Source: a virus
UHGV virus genome: UHGV-0040380
Reading direction: 5' to 3' (one strand)
Length of the DNA stretch: 27,512 nt
In this document: positions 1 through 5,811 of the stretch, in pieces
Layout of the letters: the number at the start of each line of letters is the position of its first letter
Position numbering within the stretch: position 1 is the stretch's first letter
The notes under the pieces: generated by a model
The model's input: the letters and a program-made list of their open reading frames with translations, nothing else
Told to the model about the DNA's origin: nothing
The model's database searches: none
Translations under genes and position numbers: made by a program

Positions 1-4
1 TGAA

Positions 5-39
5 GATAAAAAACCCTCTGTAGTAACAGAGGGTTTTGT
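5..39 (-). terminator. Rho-independent terminator closing the late/lysis operon; hairpin is symmetric so it can act on both strands
   Basis: Perfect 8-bp stem CCCTCTGT / ACAGAGGG (13-20, 25-32) with 4-nt loop AGTA, A-tract 5' (5-12) and T-tract 3' (33-39) on the plus strand, which gives a T-tract after the stem on the minus strand as well. Confidence 0.7.
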
Positions 40-186
40 TCATTCATAGTGCAGGGTCAAATCATTCCCACTCAATTATTTACGACATACATAACCAATT
101 GACTGATAACAACTTTCTGCAACTTGATTTTCACCATACCGTTTTATATACCGTCAACAAAAATCAGTACCATGAAAAATGCCATG

Positions 187-669
187 CTATCTGGTCAGGG
201 TGTCGTACTGTTTTTCGCAGACTCTTCCGGCTTCGGCTGCCCGGTCAGCATACTCTGCCAGTTGTCTATTTCTCTCGAGAGATTTGCTGAACACGTCGGC
301 AAGCAAAACTCCGGTATCTGCGGCTGACGCCCCAGCGCCGACAATGGCGTTATACTGCCTGAGCTGCTCACGGATGGCAACGAGCTGTTGCTGCAACCTG
401 CCAGCGCGAGCGGCAGCATCAAGAGCATCGCTGCGCGCCTGATCGATCCTCTGCTGCGCTTCACGTTCATTGGTCGCTTTCTCCTGTTCGTAGTGCTGAC
501 GAGCCTTTTCTTCTTCGGCTTTGCGGTCTTCTTTCGCCTGCGCATACCCGGCGTCGTACTGACGACTGCCGTGTGCATTCCAGGCTACAACTCCTGACAT
601 GACCAGAACAGCAAGGATCGCCATGATAACCAACTGTTTCCAGTATGCTTTTACGAATGCCCAGATCAT
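187..669 (-). CDS. Rz: Rz-like i-spanin (inner-membrane spanin subunit)
   Basis: 160 aa; N-terminal TM helix ([18 protein letters not shown]) then a charged, Q/R/A/E-rich coiled-coil-like periplasmic region; last gene of the lysis cassette; start overlaps the endolysin stop (ATGA). Confidence 0.7.
   Translation of the reverse strand: MIWAFVKAYWKQLVIMAILAVLVMSGVVAWNAHGSRQYDAGYAQAKEDRKAEEEKARQHYEQEKATNEREAQQRIDQARSDALDAAARAGRLQQQLVAIREQLRQYNAIVGAGASAADTGVLLADVFSKSLERNRQLAEYADRAAEAGRVCEKQYDTLTR
195..470 (-). CDS. Rz1: Rz1-like o-spanin lipoprotein, fully embedded in the +1 frame of Rz
   Basis: Alternate-frame ORF with a lipoprotein signal [26 protein letters not shown] (lipobox LAGC) and a Pro/Ser-rich mature part; GGAGA lies about 9 nt upstream of the ATG at 470. 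A start at the downstream Met (428) is also possible. Confidence 0.5.
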   Translation of the reverse strand: MNVKRSRGSIRRAAMLLMLPLALAGCSNSSLPSVSSSGSITPLSALGRQPQIPEFCLPTCSANLSREIDNWQSMLTGQPKPEESAKNSTTP

Positions 670-1295
670 ACCGCCAGCACCTTACTGGCAGTGATGTAAC
701 GCGCCCGCCGGTCGTCGATGCCGTTCCTGCCACCATTGATAATCAGAGTTACACGTACAATATCTCCGGAATACTTCATGCAGCCTTTGCTGGAGAAAAA
801 CCACGCCGCGCTACGAGCCGCATATTCGTCCTGCGCCAGCAGTTCAGGATTCTCCAGCAGGTCCACTTTCAGGCCGTTTCCGCAGTCACGATAGTTATTC
901 AAACCGGTAATCTGGATAAGTCCGCGCCCACGGTAATTCCATCCATCGCCTGGGGCATTGTTACCCATGCGTTTGCTGTACACCAGATTTGCGATCGCGC
1001 GCTGGCGCTCGAGTGGCAATGGTGGTTCACCAGCACGGCGACCCAGTGCGTTGGCCTGTCCCTGAGTGAGACGTCCTGCCCGAACAAAGTTAACCAGTCC
1101 TGTGATGCTGTAGTTGAAATTCTCCTGCAACCTGGTGAAGCCACCAGACTCATGCCCGACTTGAGCAATAAACATTGCCTGATCTTCTGCTTTGCTGATG
1201 CCAAACTCTTTCATTGCAGAAGTTATATGCGAGAACCAGCGAGCGGCCAGCGCCTCGCTAATACCAGCAGCTCGCTGGAATTGTTTAATGTCCAT
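666..1295 (-). CDS. Endolysin, glycoside hydrolase family 19 (chitinase-like lysozyme)
   Basis: 209 aa with GH19-type motifs ([30 protein letters not shown]); no N-terminal hydrophobic SAR segment; GAGG 8 nt upstream of the ATG; sits between holin-like genes and Rz. Confidence 0.85.
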   Translation of the reverse strand: MDIKQFQRAAGISEALAARWFSHITSAMKEFGISKAEDQAMFIAQVGHESGGFTRLQENFNYSITGLVNFVRAGRLTQGQANALGRRAGEPPLPLERQRAIANLVYSKRMGNNAPGDGWNYRGRGLIQITGLNNYRDCGNGLKVDLLENPELLAQDEYAARSAAWFFSSKGCMKYSGDIVRVTLIINGGRNGIDDRRARYITASKVLAV

Positions 1296-1578
1296 GCTGA
1301 GACCTCGTTATCTTGAAAATTTGCACCACGTTCCCTTTTGTCTTGATAAGGGCTGCCAGGAACACGGCTTTGATGATGATTTCTGACCAATCTGCGCATA
1401 TGTAATGCCCGTAAAAAGTACGAATAGGCACGCTGGCAGCAGAGACAATAAGAAGGTAAGCCAGCCACCCGCCCCACCAGCGATGGCGTGCCCCGTCACG
1501 ACGGAACAGCAGGACTCTGATTGCAATTCCGCCGCAGATTGCGGCGTTCAGGATGAGAAGTAGCTCAGGACTGGCCAT
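1285..1578 (-). CDS. Holin or antiholin-like small membrane protein
   Basis: Internal ATG at 1578 ([17 protein letters not shown]...) with GGAG upstream; about 97 aa with 2-3 predicted TM helices; overlaps the endolysin start. The longer 151-aa ORF-track start is not supported. Confidence 0.5.
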   Translation of the reverse strand: MASPELLLILNAAICGGIAIRVLLFRRDGARHRWWGGWLAYLLIVSAASVPIRTFYGHYICADWSEIIIKAVFLAALIKTKGNVVQIFKITRSQHGH

Positions 1579-1981
1579 CGTCTTTTCTCCCCGGGATAAG
1601 GTCGCGCGGATTTTCAGAGCTGTGATACAGCCAGATACCAATGCGGACAGCAACGATTGCTGATACGAAAGCACCGGCAGAAAACACAATGCCCTTCTCA
1701 AAAGAATCCTGCGTGATCGTTGGTATGAGGCTGGCAACACCGATGAGAATTGATGCTGTCGCTTTGTAGAAGAGAACTCCGCAGAGGAAGCTGAGAATAG
1801 CCAGGATCAGCCGCCGTTTTATTGGGTACTCAACTGCCGAGGTAACAAAAATTACCGCACCAGCAAGAGCACCTAACGCTACTTCTGGAGGAACCCCGGC
1901 AACAACGGAAGCCAGCGCACCAAGGCTAAGCCCCTGATTAAGTGACTCCGTTGTCAGCGTGGTTGCCATAGTGACCACCAT
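1565..1981 (-). CDS. Holin-like membrane protein (3-4 TM helices)
   Basis: 138 aa, strongly hydrophobic with several TM segments; first gene of the lysis cassette, 14-nt overlap with the next gene. Start uncertain (ATG at 1981 or 1969); the strong AAGGAGG upstream is better placed for an out-of-frame ATG at 1992. Confidence 0.5.
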   Translation of the reverse strand: MVVTMATTLTTESLNQGLSLGALASVVAGVPPEVALGALAGAVIFVTSAVEYPIKRRLILAILSFLCGVLFYKATASILIGVASLIPTITQDSFEKGIVFSAGAFVSAIVAVRIGIWLYHSSENPRDLIPGRKDDGQS

Positions 1982-2083
1982 CTATTGTGCATAATAACCT
2001 CCTTAGTTGGAGAGTTTATCATACACATTTTAACCATATATGGTTGACTGTGATTGATTATATCTATGGCATATTTTTAACGA

Positions 2084-4486
2084 TCACGCCCATGTCGCAT
2101 CTATGTAGAACGTTGGAGATGTAGTGGTGGACCCTTCAATCGATATTTGTCCTGTTGAAGCATTAATGGTGGCCATTGCCATGCCAAATGAAACGCCATC
2201 ATCAGTGAACGGTACAGGGACATTTTTGGTTACTTTTGGTCTGCACCACCTCGGAAGCGTTAGAACAGTATTGCCATTCGCAAATGAAGTGGCTGCCAGT
2301 TTAATATTAATTGAATTGGCAGTTAAACTTGACGGTGCCTGTACTGTTACGTTTGTTCCAGCCCACCATTGAACAGCTGCTCTTGGCGTGTAATCAACAC
2401 GCGACCACCAGTCGATAATGGCAGAGCAGATAATTTCCGCATACAGACGATACCCTAACTGGCTTTGGTGAATGTCATCACGCAGAAGTGGGTCGTATTG
2501 CGTGTTGAAATACTCTGGATATGGGGCCGGGAGCTGGTGAGTTGTTGTTACACAAATGACGTTATTGCCATATTTCATCATCTGGCGTTTACCAGCCTCG
2601 CGTAACTCCGCAACACCATCGTAATTTGCTGATGGCTGACCAGCCCCTCCAATAAATGACTGGCTATACCACATCCACGGCTCAACCCAAACAGGTACAC
2701 GCCCGAGACTGTTGCAATATAAGACAAACTCATCTATCAGTGCCGCCATATAATCGCCGTTTTGGTTTCCCTGCCCTTCGTTAGTTCCGGCAACCATAAT
2801 AACGATGTAAGCATCACCCGGCCCCTGAGCCTTCAGGAGATCTAACTGTTGCCTCATTGTCTGTCCGGCAACCGCCTTGTTTACAATGCTATATGAACGG
2901 TGTCCGTTCGCTCCATCCATTAATTGCGGAATGTACGAGCTGAACGCAGAAATGAAATCCTCAGCTGTACTATCACCGTGGATAAGGATATTAAGTGGAG
3001 GCTTACAGTGCACACCATTATCAGAGGTATAGCTAGTCACGCCAGTTACTCGTACAATCGTATTGGGAGCACTACTATTAGCTACAAATCCTACCTCGTA
3101 AACGTCACCTACCGCCGAAGTATCATATGGCAGTCTAAAGCTAACACCATTCATTGTAATTACAGCCCAGTTCTTTGACTGTAATGCCACCCCAATAGTA
3201 GCCTTACCGGGAGCGTAGGACAGCAACCCTCCAGGAAGTGAGAATGGAGAACCGTTTACTACCGCGCCTCCAATTGCTTTCTGCCGTACATCCCATTGTG
3301 GAGCACCAGGAGCGCCGTAGAACATCACCCATCCACCTGAGCACCGTAACACAATACCCACTTCATTAAGAGTATTAGACTCAGCACGAATATGTCCTGA
3401 CACATGCTCACCTACTGCAATGGGTACGAACAATCCACGGGTAACAGAATCGGGTAGAGCAAATAGGGCTGCCGTTTCGGAGCTAGCGAATAATGGACCC
3501 TGAGGCGTAAATGAATCCCCGTCCACTGCATAGACAACACAATCAGACCATTCCACTCGCTTCATGCGAATAGGGTTTCGGTTGAGGATGGCCTGCTTAG
3601 CCAGATAATCCACTTCTCCACCGGTTGTTGTGAAATTAAGATGGGAAAACTCAAAAGTGCATTCACCTTCAAACTTCAGCGACTTATAAAGCGAGTAAAG
3701 ATCGCTGTCGAATTTAAGAATGACGTTTTTATCAACGATTACACGGGAGTTTTGCAGATTTCCTGCCTGTGAGGCCGTTCCTGGTATTGTATAAGTTTTC
3801 TTTGTTGCAGAGTGGCAAGGGAAATAAACATAGCCATAGAGATTTACACTCTCCACCCATGCTGCAACAACGTTTGATTGATTGTAAGATGGCATAACGG
3901 TGATTGGTATCGGCTCAAATTTATCCACACCACCGATCTTTTTCCATCCGTCAGGCTGAGCAAGAAGAATCAGCACTTCACTGGCAGAAGCACTCGGAGG
4001 GAGAATGGCTATAGGCTGCCCACTGTCATCCCAGCCAAAAATCATATTCCGGCGACTTGATACCTTTGGCACCAGGTTTACACTGTTTTCAGGAACCCTA
4101 AGCGTATTTCTCTGAAGAGCACCGATGTTGAACATCGCATGCTGAATAAGCATGGTCAGGTAGTCGAATGCATCCTCATGGACCTCTGCAAAAAATTTCC
4201 CCTGATTTCTTAAATCAGTTTCCTGCACTGCTGGAAGGTTACGAGTGATTGATATTGTAATGCCTGGCAAAACAGGAGATGACGTAATAACGCTTCCACC
4301 GGAAGATAAGCCAGCACCTGTAACCATGTAATCTGTCCCCAGGCTCATTGGAGAAACAAGACCGTCAGCGGTTATTGTGCTTACATCAAGATCTGTGTCT
4401 TTAAAAATTCTGAAAGTATATGGGAATGATGTCGTGACTCCATTCCCGAGATACTCATTGTGGCTGATTTCGGTTGAGACTGTCAT
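2084..4486 (-). CDS. Tail fibre/tailspike: T7 gp17-like N-terminal adaptor domain, central receptor-binding region, C-terminal SGNH/GDSL hydrolase (esterase) domain
   Basis: 800 aa. The N-terminal ~110 aa follow the T7 tail-fibre attachment pattern (YLGNG..FPYTF...DY...I.I.R......DL, recalled from memory). Residues ~497-690 carry SGNH blocks: HGDST (Ser codon at 2969-2971), VAGTNEG, DDIHQS. GGAGA 6 nt upstream of the ATG at 4486. Confidence 0.8.
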   Translation of the reverse strand: MTVSTEISHNEYLGNGVTTSFPYTFRIFKDTDLDVSTITADGLVSPMSLGTDYMVTGAGLSSGGSVITSSPVLPGITISITRNLPAVQETDLRNQGKFFAEVHEDAFDYLTMLIQHAMFNIGALQRNTLRVPENSVNLVPKVSSRRNMIFGWDDSGQPIAILPPSASASEVLILLAQPDGWKKIGGVDKFEPIPITVMPSYNQSNVVAAWVESVNLYGYVYFPCHSATKKTYTIPGTASQAGNLQNSRVIVDKNVILKFDSDLYSLYKSLKFEGECTFEFSHLNFTTTGGEVDYLAKQAILNRNPIRMKRVEWSDCVVYAVDGDSFTPQGPLFASSETAALFALPDSVTRGLFVPIAVGEHVSGHIRAESNTLNEVGIVLRCSGGWVMFYGAPGAPQWDVRQKAIGGAVVNGSPFSLPGGLLSYAPGKATIGVALQSKNWAVITMNGVSFRLPYDTSAVGDVYEVGFVANSSAPNTIVRVTGVTSYTSDNGVHCKPPLNILIHGDSTAEDFISAFSSYIPQLMDGANGHRSYSIVNKAVAGQTMRQQLDLLKAQGPGDAYIVIMVAGTNEGQGNQNGDYMAALIDEFVLYCNSLGRVPVWVEPWMWYSQSFIGGAGQPSANYDGVAELREAGKRQMMKYGNNVICVTTTHQLPAPYPEYFNTQYDPLLRDDIHQSQLGYRLYAEIICSAIIDWWSRVDYTPRAAVQWWAGTNVTVQAPSSLTANSINIKLAATSFANGNTVLTLPRWCRPKVTKNVPVPFTDDGVSFGMAMATINASTGQISIEGSTTTSPTFYIDATWA

Positions 4487-4590
4487 GTTAATTCTCCAGA
4501 TAGTCGCAGCACCCGTTGCGCCGCATATCCGGTTATTCTATTACCCGAAAAACCACATATGGATAGACAACCCATAAATACGAACAGATA

Positions 4591-4605
4591 TTACCTTTCA
4601 GGTGA
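4591..4605. promoter_or_regulatory. Operator-like 15-bp dyad TTACCTTTCAGGTGA (copy 1 of 3)
   Basis: Inverted repeat TTACC-N5-GGTAA with one mismatch in the right arm; lies in the divergent intergenic region between the tailspike and the SOS-box gene. Related copies at 4971-4985 and 21882-21896. Confidence 0.4.
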
Positions 4606-4642
4606 TTCGCAAAACGTGCTGGATAGCAAACAAATTATTTGC

Positions 4643-4662
4643 TACTGTATAAATATACAGTT
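4643..4662. promoter_or_regulatory. LexA (SOS) box
   Basis: TACTGTATAAATATACAGTT matches the enterobacterial consensus TACTGTATATATATACAGTA (CTGT-N8-ACAG with AT-rich core) at 18 of 20 positions; sits about 20 bp upstream of the RBS of the 4682-4939 gene and overlaps candidate -35/-10 hexamers (TTGCTA / TATTGC). Confidence 0.75.
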
Positions 4663-4681
4663 ATTGCATGGAGAAGATAAG

Positions 4682-4939
4682 ATGCAGCAGTATCACTATC
4701 CACTGGAAGACGGATTTACCGAAAGGATTCACACGCCGGGAGGCGTCAGGTCACTGGTGGAGGGATCGCACTTGATGAAATTACTCCGGGATCTCGATAA
4801 GGATGGATTTAATGTCGATGGCCCACTTGCCGAACTGACTGCACTGATTAACTACGTCACCAGCTCGCAGATGTCTATGCAGGATCTGCAAACACATCTC
4901 GACTATTGTGCCGAACAATTACGAAAACAAACCAGATAA
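4682..4939 (+). CDS. SOS-regulated small protein of unknown function (85 aa); candidate LexA-controlled antirepressor or moron
   Basis: ATG at 4682 preceded by GGAGAAG; opposite in orientation to all neighbouring structural genes; LexA box immediately upstream. No motif recognised in the sequence. The longer ORF-track start at 4559 would translate through the operator and has no SD. Confidence 0.5.
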   Translation: MQQYHYPLEDGFTERIHTPGGVRSLVEGSHLMKLLRDLDKDGFNVDGPLAELTALINYVTSSQMSMQDLQTHLDYCAEQLRKQTR

Positions 4940-4942
4940 GGT

Positions 4943-4985
4943 TTGAAATTACCAAATGGAGTGCTTATATTTACCTTTGCGGTAA
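4943..4985 (+). promoter_or_regulatory. Sigma70-like promoter (TTGAAA-17-TATATT) abutting operator-like dyad TTACCTTTGCGGTAA (copy 2)
   Basis: -35 TTGAAA (4943-4948), 17-bp spacer, -10 TATATT (4966-4971); the dyad (4971-4985) starts at the last base of the -10 hexamer. Confidence 0.4.
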
Positions 4986-5126
4986 ATTTACATCGCACTC
5001 CTCTTGTGCCATAGTAATCGGGCACTGGCAAAATCCAGTGCTGGGATTGGTCTCCCGGATTACTACAGAGTTAGTGCTACACTCATTGACGCCACATTGA
5101 GGTGGCTTATAGATGGAAATTTCACA

Positions 5127-5288
5127 ATGAAAAAAGCATTTGCTGCACTGTTCGTTTTGTTGTCTCTGGTAGCTTCAACTCAGGCCTTTGCCGGTCGTTG
5201 TCAGCACGACAGCGACACTGCTGCTGACGGCTCCCGCTGCGGTGGGCGTTCTGCGGATTCCCGCCCTGGCGGCGGTGGCATTCGTTAA
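5127..5288 (+). CDS. Small secreted peptide (53-aa precursor with a Sec-type signal peptide)
   Basis: MKKAFAALFVLLSLVASTQAFA has textbook n/h/c regions and an AxA cleavage site; predicted 31-aa mature peptide is G/R/D/S-rich with two Cys. The SD is weak and it is shorter than the ORF-track cutoff, so confidence is modest. Confidence 0.4.
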   Translation: MKKAFAALFVLLSLVASTQAFAGRCQHDSDTAADGSRCGGRSADSRPGGGGIR

Positions 5289-5311
5289 AAACAAGGCCGC
5301 GAAAGCGGCCT
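5286..5311 (-). terminator. Rho-independent terminator after the membrane-protein gene
   Basis: Stem AGGCCGC / GCGGCCT (5294-5300, 5305-5311) with GAAA loop; on the minus strand it is followed by TTGTTTTT (plus-strand A-tract 5286-5292). Confidence 0.6.
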
Positions 5312-5323
5312 GTGACATGTCAC
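5312..5323. repeat. 12-bp perfect palindrome GTGACATGTCAC (copy 1 of 3)
   Basis: Identical 12-mers at 5312-5323, 22855-22866 and 25120-25131; here it overlaps the TGA stop of the 5320-5616 gene and abuts the terminator hairpin. Confidence 0.6.
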
Positions 5324-5616
5324 GTTCCTTTTCTGAATGATAGCCGTTCGAAAAATGATGACATTCCACCGCAGACAATAGCAAAGATGATCCCACCAAA
5401 GAAGAGAAGGCCAGCCTGCCACCACTCCCACCGCCATACATCCACAGCACCAACCATACCAACAATCGCTCCAACAAATGGAATATAGCTCACGATGAAA
5501 GCAATGGGGGCTGCAATTATCCAGTGCAATCCCCACCATGATTCAAGCCCAGCCATAATTGCTGCCAACTGAAAAAGACCAACGACGATATAAACAATGA
5601 ATCCTATAGCTTGCAT
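5320..5616 (-). CDS. Small integral membrane protein (98 aa, three predicted TM helices), standalone gene with its own terminator
   Basis: AGGTGA SD 5 nt before the ATG at 5616; highly hydrophobic with W/G-rich loops; followed by a terminator; lies between the core-protein genes and the tailspike, a position not occupied in T7-type modules. Confidence 0.55.
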   Translation of the reverse strand: MQAIGFIVYIVVGLFQLAAIMAGLESWWGLHWIIAAPIAFIVSYIPFVGAIVGMVGAVDVWRWEWWQAGLLFFGGIIFAIVCGGMSSFFERLSFRKGT

Positions 5617-5628
5617 GTAGTCACCTAT

Positions 5629-5802
5629 TTACCCAGTAAAAATCAGAGGCCTCCCCTCAATAAGGCTTGCAACAAGAACTATTCCCTGCACAACAAAGAT
5701 GAACCAGCAAATAGCTTGAGTCTGAGGGTTAAGAAAATATTTGTAGCGGTCAATAAATAACAACCCACCAGAAATTATCACACTCAAAATAATTAAAAAC
5801 AC
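5629..5802 (-). CDS. Possible small membrane peptide (57 aa, GTG start)
   Basis: GTG at 5802 preceded by AGGAAG with 4-nt spacing; translation (M)FLIILSVIISGGLLFIDRYKYFLNPQTQAICWFIFVVQGIVLVASLIEGRPLIFTG has two hydrophobic segments; fills the gap between the 5812-8286 gene and the membrane-protein gene. Below the ORF-track size cutoff. Confidence 0.2.
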   Translation of the reverse strand: MFLIILSVIISGGLLFIDRYKYFLNPQTQAICWFIFVVQGIVLVASLIEGRPLIFTG

Positions 5803-5811
5803 AACACTTCC

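Noticed and set aside
36-597. Plus-strand ORFs (36-290, 124-327, 179-442, 388-597) overlapping Rz
   Set aside because: Antisense shadow ORFs of the Rz/Rz1 coding region; no SD sequences, and they run through the terminator hairpin or are low-complexity translations of a GC-rich antisense strand.
645-1316. 223-aa plus-strand ORF antisense to the endolysin; similar long antisense ORFs at 15641-16330, 20017-20754 and 23436-24183
   Set aside because: Each is fully contained within a well-supported minus-strand structural gene with recognisable motifs; compositions are Arg/Ser/Leu-rich, typical of antisense frames.
1960-1980. T7-promoter-like core (TCACTATGG on the minus strand) near the holin start
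   Set aside because: Only a 7-8 nt match to the 23-bp T7/T3/SP6 promoter consensus; no phage RNA polymerase gene seen and no further copies found by eye; judged coincidental.
4559-4681. Upstream ATG (4559) extending the SOS-box gene to 126 aa
   Set aside because: No SD, and it would translate across the LexA box and promoter; the internal ATG at 4682 with a GGAGAAG SD is preferred.
5175-5539. Minus-strand ORFs 5175-5477 and 5285-5539 overlapping the secreted-peptide ORF and the membrane-protein gene
   Set aside because: They read through the terminator hairpin or are alternate frames of the 5320-5616 gene; the plus-strand signal-peptide ORF and the membrane protein are the more parsimonious calls.
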